Shown: positions 14,752-29,700 of the stretch, piece by piece
Layout: each line of letters starts with the position of its first letter
How positions within the stretch are numbered: the first letter of the stretch is position 1
Source: an uncultured virus (IMG/VR IMGVR_UViG_3300020461_000002)
Lineage: Duplodnaviria > Heunggongvirae > Uroviricota > Caudoviricetes
IMG/VR virus record: IMGVR_UViG_3300020461_000002
Strand: one strand, 5' to 3'
Length of the DNA stretch: 64,000 nt
Notes under the pieces: model-generated
Database searches by the model: none
What the model saw: only the letters and a program-made list of their open reading frames with translations
What the model was told of the DNA's origin: nothing
Translations under genes and position numbers: made by a program

Positions 14752-17700
14752 ATGCTTAGAGAAGGGTTTGACATAAGAGTAAAGACAAGTCAAATTGTAC
14801 AAAACCAACTACCAAGGTTTATTGGAGAGGAAAATACTAATTTTGTAGAATTTTTGACTCAATATTATTTGTCTCAGGAATTCCAAGGTGGTCCTACGGA
14901 TATTCTGGACAATCTTGATCAGTATTTGAATCTTGATATTCTTACTGAGGATATTGTTTCTAGGACTTATAGTCTAACACAGAGTGTTAATTATGGTGAT
15001 GAAGAAATATATGTTGATTCTACTCTTGGATTTCCTGATGAATATGGTCTATTAAAGATCAATAATGAAATTATTTCTTATAAAGAAAAAACGGCAACTA
15101 GTTTTTCTGGATGTCTAAGAGGATTCAGTGGTATTGAAGCATATGAAGAAGGTAATTATGGAACTGAATTAGTATTCAAATCTACAGAAATTGATAAACA
15201 CCAATCTGGTGATACAGTTGAAAACTTAAGTAATGTATTTTTAAAGCAATTTTATAAAAAAATTAAAGGATTTTTAACACCAGAATTAGAAAATTTAAAA
15301 TTTGTAGATGGTTTAAACGTAGGAACATTTCTTAAAGAATCATCAACTCTTTATAAAACCAAAGGTACGGAAGAATCTTTTAGAATTCTTTTTAATGTTC
15401 TTTATGGTATCACACCAAGTATCTTAAATCTAGAAGAACAATTAGTCAAACCTTCTTCTGCGGATTACATTAGAAGAAAAGTTATATTTGGAGAATTACT
15501 AGAAGGTTTAAATCCAGATCTAATTGTTGGTCAAACCTTGGTAAGTTCCGATGGAACAGCAAACGGACCAATATCAGAAATAGAAATTGTAAAGAAAAGA
15601 GGAAAATTTACATATAAGATTTCTTTATTTGAGGGATACGATGATAGAAGTTTAATAAACGGAACTTTTAATATAACAGCATCATCTAAAGTTATTGGAA
15701 ATTTTCCAATTAATTCTAAAACATTAAGTGTAGATTCTACTATCGGATTTCCAGAAAGTGGAACTATTTTGTGTGGAGATAATACGATTACATATACAGA
15801 AAAAACTGTAAATCAATTTTTAAACTGTTCTGGCATTCTTAATGAAATATCGGATAGTGATTCTGTTAGAGATCCTCAATATGTCTATGCTTATGAAAAT
15901 GGTGATATTACTAAAATAGTAAGATTTTCTGTTTCTAACATATTATCAGAAATAAATTTTCCAGAAGATACAACCCTAACAAATGATGATGAAAGCATTA
16001 CTGTAATTAATCTGGGTGATAATGTTGTAAATCCACAATTAAACAAAACATATAAGGAACTCTTATTTAATTCGTGGATATACAATACAAGTTCAAGATA
16101 TCAAATTGAATCTTCCGAATCTAATACCACTCATACTACAAAAGATTTGCTAGATAAGAGTAGTATGAAAAAGGGTGATGAAGTAGAAATTGTTGATAGG
16201 AGACTGAATACTGTATATGGTATTGGTAGAATTGCTGATGCTACAAATTACAGTTTAAAACTGGAGAGTTATGTAAATATTTCTGGAGTTGCTTTAAATA
16301 CAAGAATAGTTGATGTCAAAAGAAGATTAAAATATGCTAGTTCGAGTTCTGAAGAGTTAAAATATCCAAATTTACTTGCAAACATACAAAACGTTTATAG
16401 TGATGGTAATGATTATGCATATGTAGCAACAAACTCTTTACCAGATTTTGAAATTAAATCTGATTTTGCTAGTAGATTTATTGATAATGCTGATAATATA
16501 AATGTGATCAATAACAGCATTATTTTTCCACAAATACAATTACCATTACCATTTATTACTGGAGATGAAGTAATCTATATTGCTGAAAATGAAGCAAACC
16601 CAATTACTGGATTAACTTCTGGTAGAAATTATTTTATAAAAATAGTTTCTGAAGATAGTGTTCGTTTATATGTCTCAAAATCATTTATCTACACAGATAA
16701 GTTTATAGAGATAAGTGTTTCGCAAAATCATCCTTCTGGGAAACATTCTCTGACTCTTTTAAGGCAATTTAATAAAAAGATTACATCTAGCAAATCTTTA
16801 AGAAAAATTACATTAAAACCAAAGACTAATAATGGTCAAAAAGAATTAACTACAGCAGGAAAACCTGTTGGTATGTTAGTTAATGGAACCGAAATTATTA
16901 GTTATAAGGGAACTGATGAAATTTACTATGGACCAATATCAGGGAAAACAATTTACAATAATGGAACAGATTACGATGTTATAGATGCACCCATGTTAAG
17001 TGTATCTTCTCCACAAGTATCTACAGGAGCAACTTCATTCATTACACCAGTTCTTGAAGGATCTGTCAAATCTATTTTATTAGATACTCCAGAAGTTGAA
17101 GTTAATACTGTTTCCTTTGTCCGCATCGTTGGTGGAAATGGATCTGGTTGTATTTTAGATCCCATCATTGAAAGAAAACAAAGTCAATTTGAGTTTGATG
17201 CTTTAAATAGTTTAAATGTTCTTGCAGAAACTATTACTTTTGCACAAGATCATAACTTAACAGATGGTCAAGAAATTATTTACAATGCAAATGGAAATAG
17301 TGAAATTGGAATTGGAACTTATTATGGCAGTAATGCAGATCAATCAGAAACTTTACTAGATGGTGGTTCTTACTACGCAAAAGTTTTTAATTCAAACACA
17401 ATTCAGTTATACGGTAATCAGTCTGATTATAAAGCAGGGATTAATACTATAGGATTTACTACCACAGGAAATAGAGGTATTCATAAATTCCGTACTATTG
17501 ACTTTAAAAATGTGTTGGTTGATATCAAAGTTGAATCGGAAGGATCTGGATATACAAATAGAAATTTAATTGTAAAACCAGAAGGAATTTCTACCCAAGA
17601 CTCTAAAGTCAAATTTACAAATCATGGATTCAAAGATGGTGAGTTAGTTAAGTATACTTCTGATAGTCCTATTTCTGGATTATCTACTACTAATCAATAC

Positions 17701-20700
17701 TATGTTTTAAAATTAAACGATAATGAATTTAAATTAGCAAACGCTGGTGTTGGTGGTACTATCACCACAGAATATGAGAGAAGAGACTATGTAAGATTCA
17801 CTTCTACAGGAACTGGATACCAGAAGTTTAATTATCCTGATATCCAGGTTGATATTGGTGTTTCATATGCAACCACAAGTCGAACTATAGTTGCCAAACC
17901 TTTAATAAAAGGTTCTATCATTGATGCTTACGTTTATGAAGAAGGTAGTGATTATGGTTCTGTTATTTTAAATTATCATAATAGACCAGCAGTTACTGTA
18001 AAACAAGGAAAAGATGGTTCAGTAAGACCTGTAATTATTAATGGAAGAATTATTGATGTTGTAGTAGAAACCACAGGCAGTGAATTTTTCTCAAAACCAG
18101 ACCTGATTGTAAACAGTAGCACTGGAACAGGTGTAAAACTAAATCCAGTTATTTCTGGTGGAAAGTTGGTAGATGTAATTGTTATTAAGAGTGGTGCAGG
18201 ATATTCTGCAAATGATACGATTCAAGTCAAAGCATCTGGATCTTCATTTAATATAGATCTTAATGTTAGAGAATTGAAAGTTAATGCTTTAAATAGATTT
18301 GGATCCGAATATTTAAATTCATTTGGCACTACCCAAGATGATGAGGTTTTATATTCGGTCCTTGGTTATAATGACACAATTAGAGAATCTCTATCTGACA
18401 ATCGCGGTTCTGAGGAAAAACCCGATCATTCTCCCATTATTGGTTGGGCTTATGATGGCAATCCAATTTATGGTCCTTTTGGATATACAGATCCTAGTGA
18501 TTCTAGTGCTGTTTCTCTCCTGAAGAGTGGTTATAAGTTACGTACAGATTTAGTTAAAAATAGACCAGTATCCGATGATTTTGGTGATGGATTTTTTGTT
18601 GAGGACTATGTTTATGATGGCAGTGGAGATCTAGATGTTTACAATGGTAGATATGCAAAAACACCAGAATTTCCGAATGGAATCTATGCATATTATGGAT
18701 CAATAGAAGCAAATCCAAAAGTAATTAGTTCATTCATTCCACAATTTCCATACTTTATCGGCAATTTCTTCAAGTCTAAATTTGAAGAAGATGTATTTGA
18801 TATTAATCAGACAAATTATGATTTTTCTACAGGAAAAATTCAAAGAAATACTTTCCCATATAGAATAGGTTCTGAATATTCTTCAACTGATTATGTTGAT
18901 TTTGTATATGATAAAGGATCTATAAGTGCAACTGTTGAAGAGGCATCTAGAGGTGGAGTAACAAGTTTTAACATTATTGATTCTGGATCTGGATACAAAG
19001 TAGGTGATACAATAAACGTTGACAATACAGAAACTGGTGGATCTGGTGCATCTGCTATAGTCAAATCTGTAGAAGGTAAAACCATTGATAATATTTCAAC
19101 AATTTCTGATCTATATGAAAGTGCTACAATAATTAAGAGATCTTTTGATACTTTGGATTTGTATATCCAACCTTATCATGATTTAAATGATCAATCTTTT
19201 ATTACTCTATATCAACCATCATTCTTTACTAATCCAGCAGAAATTCCATTATTTGGAACTAGAAAGGACCCTATTCATCCACAAACACAACAAACTAAAA
19301 TTACATATTCTAGTGGATTTTCTGGTGCCAAGTATGGAAGTGCTGTAGCAATTGGTAATAGCACACTTGTTGTTGCTAATGATGCAACTATTGGCGCAGT
19401 TTATGCATATGATATGAATGGTGGCAATGAAGTAATCATTAGTGCTTCTGATTTTGCTAATGATGATGCTTTTGGTATATCTGTAGCGGTAGGAAACAAT
19501 AAAATAGTTGTTGGTGCTTCTTCTGACGATGATGGTGGAAATGCCACTGGTTCAGTATATGTTTACAATTTAGATGGAACAGGTGAAGTCAAAATTACAG
19601 CATCAGATGCTGCTGAAGATGATCAATTTGGAAGATCTGTTGATGTTGGTGATAATAAAATTGTAGTTGGTGCATTCAATGATAACAGTAGTGCAGGGTC
19701 TGCATATATCTACAATTTAGATGGAACAGGTGAAGTCAAAATTACAGCATCAGATGCTGATCCTGACGATACTTTTGGACGTGCTGTTGCTATAGGTCAC
19801 TCTAAAGTTGTAATTGGTGCTCCATTTGCGGATGAAACTGCCAATAATACAGGTACTGTATACATCTTTGATCAAGATGGTACGAATCAAGTAAAGGTAA
19901 CTGCCTCAGACAATACTGTAAGCACCCTAAACCGCAAGTTTGGTGAGGCATTGGCAGTTGGTTCCAATAAGATTGTTGTTGGTGCTCCTGGCGTTGAAAA
20001 CGAAAAGGGTGCAGTTTACATCTATAACATGGATGGAACAGGTGAAGTTAAAATTCAAGCAAGCGATGGAATTGCATCTGATAAATTTGGATCTTCTGTT
20101 GCTATATCTGATAATTATGTCATTGTTGGTGCCTGGGGAGATGATGATGATGGAAGTACATCAGGTTCAGCATACATCTACAATTTAGATGGAACTAATG
20201 AGAGAAAAGTTACAGCAAGTAATGCTGGAGCATCTGATAGATTTGGGTATGCAGTTGCTGTTGGCGCTAACGTTGCCATTGTAGGTGCTCCTTATGAAGA
20301 TGCAGACGCTAATAATGCTGGTGCAATCTACAGATTTACTTTGGATGCTGTTACCATAGTACCAACATTTGAAATTGCAAATTATGGAAGTCTAAGAGAA
20401 GTATCTATTCCTGGTTTGAGTGGTATTCATAAGATAGATGTTAGTAAGCACTCTTCTATCTTAGTAAAAGAAATTCCAGCAACAACCGTTGGAATAATAA
20501 CTGATATTTACGTTGCAGAAATACCATCTAATGTTTCTATTGGCAGTTCTATAAAAATTGGCACAGAAGTAATGTCAATTTTAAATAAATTTAACACTAA
20601 TAGAATTTTAAGAGTACATAGAAATGCTGGTGGTATTCATACCGAAACATCTAAAGTTGATTATTTACCAGAATCTTTTAGTATTAAACTATCCACAGAA

Positions 20701-23700
20701 GATTTTGAATCTAATGTTAACAGAAGAGTATATTTCAATCCAACAGAATCTGTTGGTGTTGGAACTACTTCAGGTCTTGGTTTAGAAATTAATTATTCTG
20801 TTGGAGAGTTGAGTAAGTCTGTTTCTGTAGAAACATCTTCGATTTTTATACCAAATCATCCATTTGAAGATAATCAAAGAGTTAGACTTCATAGACCATC
20901 ATCTGCTGCAAACCCATTACTTGCGTATGATTCGGAAACTGATACATCAGAGTATTTTCCAGCATCATCAGATTTAACAAAAGATTTTTATATTGTTAAT
21001 AAAGGTATTGACTTTATTGGATTGGCAACCGCACCTGGAAGAGATCAGGGATTGTATTTTGAAGATAATGGTACGGATAGTTATGAATATTTCTTTGAAA
21101 TCTTTAAACCTAGAACAATTGTTGATGCAGAAGTTATATCAACTACTGTTACTACATCAGTTGATCATGGATTAGTGAGTGGTGATATAATTAATCTTGA
21201 ATTAATTTCGGATCAAAACGTAGGAATTGCATTTACAGAAACATCGGTAAATGTAAAGTACAATAACGAATATAACAAACTACTTTTAAGCACAGTTGGA
21301 TTTGGATCAGAGGCGGTAAATCCATTAACTAATAGAATTACTTTACAAAATCATAAGTATTCTACTGGAGATAAAGTATTTTATGATCATAGTAATAATT
21401 CATCTATAACTGGTTTGTCAACAGGTGAATATTATGTTGTTCGTATAGATAAAGATAAATTTAATCTCTCTGAGACATATAAAGATACCATTGCAGATCC
21501 ACAAGTTGTGGTAAGTTTCGGATCTACTGGTGGAGGATCTCAATCTTTGAGTTTGATAAATCCATCAATTAATGTTACTAAAAATGATACTCTGGTTTTT
21601 GATGTAGGTGATGCTTCTTTAGAAAATACAAGATTGGAATTTTTCTATGATAATAGATTTATTAATGAATTTGTTTCTACAGGATCTACCAATCAATTCA
21701 ATGTTCAAAGAATTGGCACTCCTGGTGCCGGCATTGGAACTAATATAGTATCAATTAGACCTCTTAATGGAATTGATACTGAATTATTCTACTCTTTGAG
21801 AAAAGGAACAGAAGTAATATCTTCAGATTTGGATGTTGTAAGTTATTCTTCAATAAAAACAAAGGAAAGTGATTATACTGGAAAACATACAATTATTGGA
21901 TCTGGAACAACAACATTTAATATTGTTATCAAAAATAGACCAGAAAGAATTTCATATGCTTCAAGTGAAATTAGTTCTCTAAAATATACGACTTCATCAA
22001 CAGGTGCAGTTGGAGGTATTTCTGAAATAAGACCAGTATTTGAAGGAATTGGTTATGAAAAATTACCAAGATTTACTGGATTTAATAGTACTACTGGAAT
22101 TAATGCAAAAATTCAATTAGATACCACCAACATTGGAAAAATTAATGATATTAAGATTAAAAATGAAGGTATCATATACCCCTCTGATTTTACATTAGCA
22201 CCTCAAGGAAGATCCTCGCTAATATGTAATATCATTGATAACCAAGAAATTACAAGAGTTGATATTACATTTGGCGGAAGAAATTATTACACTCCACCAT
22301 CTTTTGTATGTGTTGATTCTGCATCGAGAAAAGTTATTGAGGGAGTTGCATTCAAAGCAACATTAAGTTCTGGATCTATTACAGATGTTGATATTATTTC
22401 TTCTGCGAAAGGACTTGCTAGTGTTCAGCATGAATTATTTACCGTAAATAATACCAATGGAATTAATATTAGATCTTTAACAGCAACTGCGGAAGGTTTA
22501 GTTACTGCAACTCTATCAACACCAATAGTTGGATTCTCAACTTTTGCACCACCATTTGCTATTGGTGATGAAGTCTTCGTTGAGGGAATTGCAAAAACTA
22601 GTGGAAAAGGATTTAATTCTGAAGATTATGGTCACAAATTCTTTAAGGTAACAGATTATCAACCTACAAATCCTGCAGTCGTTATTTTTGATATAGGAGA
22701 AGATCCAGGAGTTGCTGCAGCAATTCAATCTTTTGCTACAATAATTAATAAGAAAGAATATCCAGTCTTTAACGCAGTTCAAGAAAATAGCACCTTTTTT
22801 GACAACGAGTCTATTTTATTAAATTATGGTGCAGGATTCTTTAAGAGTGATTATATTGTTGATGATTATGTTGGCACATACATAAAATTAAAAGGAAAGG
22901 GTGCAATCCAGAATAACATTGAAATAAAAGGAGAAAAGTCTGGTTCTATTGCAAAAGTAGAAAACTTCTCATTCAATGATGGTAATTTTGTTACTTCCGC
23001 AACAGCATCACAGGTTGGTGGTTGGAACAATGAAACTGGATTACTGAGTTTTGATCAACAAGTTATTGAAGATAATGATTACTATCAATCATTATCATAT
23101 TCGATTAGAAGCTCTGTTCCTTTCGATCAATTATCAGACACTGTTAATCGTATTGTACACCCAACAGGTCTTAAAAACTTTGCAGATGTTCAAATTGAAA
23201 ACAGTGTTTCAGTTGATGTTATTAATCAATCAAAAACCGTTTTGATTGCTGATTTTATTAACGATGCAAGAGCAGATCAAAGAAATGGACTCGATTTAGT
23301 TTTAGATTCTTCAATTAGTGACGAAAAAACTAGAGACATTAGATTCTTAAACAAAAAACTAACAGATTATTTCAAGTGCAAAACTAATAGAGTTCTTCCT
23401 ATTGATGATATTAGTGGCAAGTTTTCAAGTAAAAACTTTGGTCAAGAAACTTATGCAAATTTAGCAATTTATCCAGATTATGTTGGATATTCTAGATTCT
23501 TAATCCAAACTATTGGAGTTGGTAACACCAATTTCCAAATAGATGATGTGGTTGTTCTTAATGATAAGTTGAATGCTTACACAGTCAACCGAGGACAAAT
23601 AGGAAACACGTATGAACCATTCATCGAACATAATGGCAATATGGATCAAGGTGTTATGTACCTCAGAGCACAACCTGAAGATCCAGAAAACAGTAGTTAC

Positions 23701-26700
23701 ACCTTCAAATCAATCAGAGGATATCATAATACCAGTCAAACGGGTATTGGCACTACTTCTGTTGGTAAAGTAAAACTAACAACAAAATCGGAAAAAATTG
23801 AGTCAGGAATTTCTACTAATTTCTCAGTAATTCAGAATCAAAATACTAATGGATTGATGATTGAAGCATTTGTTAGGGACTTAGTTACTAATGACATCAA
23901 TTTTATTGAACTTGCAATTGATCATGATGGAAATAATGCATATGTAGCAGAATATTTTATTGATTCTGTAGCATTGATAAGTGGAACATCAGGAATTCCA
24001 ATTGGATCATTTGGAGCTACTATTAATAGTGGATATTTAAATGTTTCTTATGAGAATAACTCAAGCAATCCTGTTGAATTAAAATCTAAGACCTACAATT
24101 TTGAACCAACACAAAGTGCAGGAATTACTACTTACAGATTTAAACCAAATTCTCAACCAGATGGTTCTGAGAGAACAGCACGCTATGAAACAAGACATAA
24201 AGTAGTTGCTATTGCAACTGATGCCACTAATCCATCGGAAGAGATTGTGTCTATTGACATAAATTTAGATTCTGCATTCAAATCTATTCTGAAAATTAAT
24301 CATGATGATCAAACTTCGATCCATCAAGTTCTTGTTGGATATGATGGAACTGATACTTATGTTCTTCCAAAATATTATGTTTCAATAGGTAATACAACTG
24401 GATTGGGTACATTTAGTGCCACAACAGATTCACAGAATATTATTCTTAAGTTTCATCCAGAACCTGGTGATACTGGTAGATATGATATTACATCATACAG
24501 TGAAATTCTTTATAGAGAGTTGGATAGAGAAACTGAAAAAGTTGATTTGGAATATGGAACAATAGAGGAAGAAGTTTTAGTAACAAAATATAATTCTATA
24601 AACGGATTAGGTAATGATCAGTTGGAATTTGAATTAAAGTATGATGAAACTCCAATTTTTGCAAAATCTATAGCACCAAGTTCTGACAATATCAATCAAT
24701 CTACTGGATTAATAACAATTAAAGATCACTTCTTCTCTCCTGGTGAAGAATTAATATACACTCCAGGATCAACTTATGCTGGAGTTAGTTCTAGTCCAAT
24801 TGGAATTGGGACAACACAAGTTGGAGGTACGATATTTACTGGTTCAGTTATAACTGGAGTATCTACAATATCTGCAACAACATTTACGGATGCAACTGAT
24901 AAAAATTTAATAGAAGTTGGGCAAACCTTAGAAGGTGAGGGAATTACTTCTGGCAGTACAATTGTTTCTATTGGTCAAACATTCCAATATTTTGTTGCAA
25001 CTTCAACTGGTAATACTACAGCTACTGGAATTGCTGCTACTAGTATATTTGCTACTGGTGCTAATGTATTCGGAAGTAATGGAACATCTGTTGGATCTAT
25101 TGTTAGCATTGGAGCAGATTCGATTACTCTAGATGCAAATTTCCCTTCAGGAACTGCAACATACTACACAGATAATCTTGGATTTGGCATTTCCATGTCA
25201 AATGCAGGGACAGCAACAACTATTACTGGTTCATATTCTTGTGGATTAACCACAGATAAAATGCCATCTAGAGTTTATTGTATTAGATTTAACGCTGATA
25301 CCTTTAAATTAACTGGTGTAAAAAATAGCGGAATAGGATTTACATTTACAGATTATGGTCAAGGAAATGATCATATGTTTGAAATGAAGAAGAAAAATGA
25401 AAAATCACTCATTGCAGTTGATAATATTACACAGTATCCAATTCTCTATACAGAAATAAATCATACACTGGGCATACCAGTCAATGATACGGGTGAATTC
25501 ATCACTTTAACTGGTATCTCTTCTATAAATCCAAGAGATATTGTGAAAGTTGATGATGAGTATATGAAAATTGTAAATGTTGGTTTGGCAACACAAGCAG
25601 CTGGTCCAATTACGGGTATTGGCAACTTTAATTTAATTGAAGTTACTAGAGGTGTTGTTGGATCTGCTGCAACATCCCATGCTGCTTCATCTGAGGCAAG
25701 AGTATATCATGGTTCTTATAATATTGTTGGTGATAAGATTTTCTTCCTAGAAGCACCTAAAGGTGTAGGAGATAATGATAAGAGAGATAGTAGAAATCTT
25801 CCATTAACAAAATCCACATTTAGTGGAAGAGTATTCCTTAGAAATGATTACTCTAAGAATTTAATCTATGATGACATATCTCCAAAATTTACTGGTATTG
25901 GCCAAACATTTGATATTACATATGAGGGTCAGGAAGTAGATTATATTGAACCTGGAAGTGGAATATTATTCATTAACGAAATATTCCAAACACCAACTAC
26001 TGAAAATAATGCTGGAAATAATTATGAATTGGAATCTACAAATTCTACAAGTGATATTACATTTACAGGAATAAAGAGTCCTTTAACTAATCAATTAATT
26101 ATTAGTGATTATGATGTCAATCAAAATGCTTTACCTAGAGGTGGAGTAATTGTATCATTGGGATCTACTTCTGGATTAGGTTATGCGCCTCTAATTGGAT
26201 CTAAGGTAGCATTTGATATTAATGGAAGTGGAACTATTGTTGGCGTTAAAGACTCTCCATCTATTGGAGAATCTCTTGGTATTGTTACTGCTCAATATGA
26301 TAACGTAACTGGTATTCTGACAGTAACCACACAACAAAATCATTATTTTAATGGTTTGGGTGATTATGTTTATCTTGATAATTTAGAATTTTCCTGTACT
26401 AAGATCAATGTTGGAACACCTAATGGGTTTACTTATGACCCCTCAACTGGTATTTCTACTATTTCTTTTGCTAGTGCTCATGGATTAACAAATGGAGATG
26501 CGATTTCCATTGATACTGATAGCATTACATTTACATGCACACAAGGACCTGGCAACCATACCTATCCTCGTGCTACAGACCCAGCAAACGGTCAATATCT
26601 CACAATTTCTAATGTATCTGCAAATTCTTTCCAAGTTAATGTTGGAACTGGTGGAACAGGGACATCACCACATACTTTTGTGAGTGCGACTGCTAACGCT

Positions 26701-29700
26701 ATTAAGACTCTTAACTATCAAGGATTTACGACTAGTTTCTTCCCAGATGGAACTTTGGGAAATATTTTCCCAGTTATTTCTACTGATGGTACAACCTCCT
26801 TTGCTGCAAATATTGGAATCTCCACTATCCCACACATATATGAAGGTGGAGGACAAGCATTCCCTCATTATCCAGATTTAACACCAGGATCTGGATATTA
26901 TGGTGAAGTATCTATTGGAATTACATTTGCTTCTCATACAGGAAGTGCTGCTAATATAACCGCAACGGTTGGTGCTGGAGGTTCTCTATCATATAATATT
27001 GTTGATGGTGGTAGTGGTTATTCCAACGCATTCTCAGAGGTTCAACCGCCTTCTTATGGAGCATTAGAAGTAGTTGGAGTATCAAGACTTGGAAGCGGCA
27101 TAACAACAGAAACTGGTAGTGGTTTACTTCTAGATCTTAATGTTGAACCATCTGAAAGAAGAATGCCAGACAGATTCTCTGACGCAGCAAATCTGATTCT
27201 TAGAAATAAATTATTCATTGCTGATGTTGCCGTTGGCAAAATGCTTGCACAGTATCCATCATTCTCCGTTCCAGGTGGAGATCAAAATTGTAAGGATGAC
27301 GTTGTTGATGTTATTGAATCTATTGCATATAATCTAGAATTTAGTGGAAATGGAAATGTTTATGATAGTGCAAATCTTTATATAACTGGAGCACACGTTG
27401 CTGGTGAAGAGGCTCAATCTATCACTGCATTTGAAGAAGCAAAGACAGCAATGATCAGTGCGATGAGAAATGAGGCAATAGATAATACAGCACCTCTTGG
27501 TGGATCTTTTGCCGAAACATCTGCTCTTATTGAAGCGAATAGGACACTCTTAATTGATGAATCTATCGATAGAATGTTGCTTGCAAATCCAACATTCTTC
27601 TTCCCAACAGGACCTGCCGCATGTAGAGCAGATGTTAACCTTATAATTGACGCAATACTTACAAATTTAAGTTCTGGTGGAAATAATGCCGTATATGATA
27701 TTGCATTAACATTTGCCAACAATGCAACCGATGCATATCTTGCTGGTGCTGGTCAAGCAACACTTTCCGATGAAATTATTCAAAATCTTGAAGATTTGTT
27801 GAGAGACATTGCTCAGAATATTACTTTTAATATTACTGGTGCCTCATCAGAAACTCAAGTTACAAATCCATCAATGACAGTTGATGCTGCAGTTGATACT
27901 GCTATTCAAGATTTAATTACAATACTCAGAACAGCAATTAATGCTAATACTGTTTCTGTAACTAGAACCTCGGCATCTCTACTTACTAGTAGAATTCAAT
28001 ATTTTGATAATACCATTACAACAGATCCTGCAGGAATTCCTTATTGTGCAAATGTAGCATCTGCTATTGATTCATTTGTGGGAATTGTTACATTTGCTAT
28101 TGGTAATGGCACATTGCCAAATAGAACACCAAGTTTCTTAGAGCAGTTTGAAGTTAAAGACTTTAAGATTGCAAGAAACGGATATAACTTCCGTAGAGGA
28201 GATAAATTGACTGCTGTTGGTTTAGTTACTGCTGCTGGTTTATCAGCACCAGTAGAAACTTTTGAACTTGAAGTTCTTGGCACGTTCCAAGATTCTGCAG
28301 CATTATGGCAGTTTGGTGAACTTGATTTTATTGATAGTATCAAACCATATCAAACTGAACCAAGAACTAGATTCCCACTTTATAGAAATAATGAACTGAT
28401 TAGTTTTGAAATTGATAAGAACGATCCAGATTCAGTTCTTATTGATTTAGAAGCATTACTTTTGGTCTTTGTTAATGGCATATTACAAGAACCAAACAAA
28501 TCATATAATTTCTTTGGTGGAACATCCATTATATTTGTCGAACCAATAAGACCTGAAGATGAGGTTGATATTTTCTTCTACAGAGGAACTAGAGGAAAAG
28601 ATAGTTTCTTAGAAGATGTAAGTCCAGATGTACAAATTGGTGATTTTATAAGAATCAATAAAAATAATGAGCATCCAACTTCTAAAACACAAGAAGAAAG
28701 AATTATTTTTGATGTTCTAGAATCAGATCTTATTGAAACCAATGTTTACAGTGGAACGGGAATTAATACAACAACACCAAGACCAATAACTCTACTCCCA
28801 CAAAAAAGAGATAGAATTATTAACAGTGTTGTTGTTTCTAAAAAAAGACAGTTACTATCATCACAAATATATCCAATATCTAGAGTTATCAAATCAATTA
28901 CTCAATCAGATACTGAAATATTCGTCGATGATGCGCAACAATTTTTCTATGAGGAAGGAGCACCTATTTCCCAGACTATATCTTCTGTAGGTGGTCTTTT
29001 AGTTGATGATGTTGAAGTATCACAAGCATCAATTACACCTTCATTGCTATTAGGTGGCGTGGTAAAAGTTTCTATTACCAATAGTGGTTCTGGATACGAA
29101 ACTCCTCCTACCGTTGGATTTACTGGCGGATTAAGAGCACAAGGAACTGCAGTTTTATCATCTTCAGGATTGTTTAAGAGATTTGTAATTGATAATCCTG
29201 GATCAAATTTCACTTACCCTCCAGTGGTAACATTTGGCGGTGGTCTTGCAGCACAATCAGCAACAGCATCAATTGGTGCTGGTGGAACTGTAACTGGTAT
29301 TACTCTAGATGGAATTACATTAGACACTTCCGATAATTCAAATATTTACGAATTTGGAAGTGGAACTTCTATTGTTCCTAATGGTTCTGGATCTGGAACT
29401 ACAGGTGGATTTAGTATTGGTTCACCACATCTAAGATTTGGTGGATCTAGTGGAACAAGATTTGTTACCTTTAATCCAATTGATTCTAGATCTATCGATA
29501 CAGTTCGTGTTTATGCTATTAGAGGCAATGACACAAATGGTGGTGAAACACCTGATATTCAAGGTATTGAAGATCTTAGAATTCAATATCAAATTACAGA
29601 TCAAGGGGTTGCTGTTGATAATGGAAAGTGGATTGATATGGGTATTGTCATTAGTGCTGTTGATAATGGAACGGGCGCTGGAGTTTTAGAAAATTATGAT

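Noticed and set aside
19564..19759. Diversity-generating retroelement template/variable repeat pair
   Set aside because: The copies are identical and in frame within tandem protein repeats, and there is no reverse transcriptase in the window.
27169..28110. Calling a bona fide cpcB/cpeB auxiliary metabolic gene
   Set aside because: The similarity is remote, embedded in a structural ORF and lacks the N-terminal assembly helices, so it is reported only as a phycobiliprotein-like domain.
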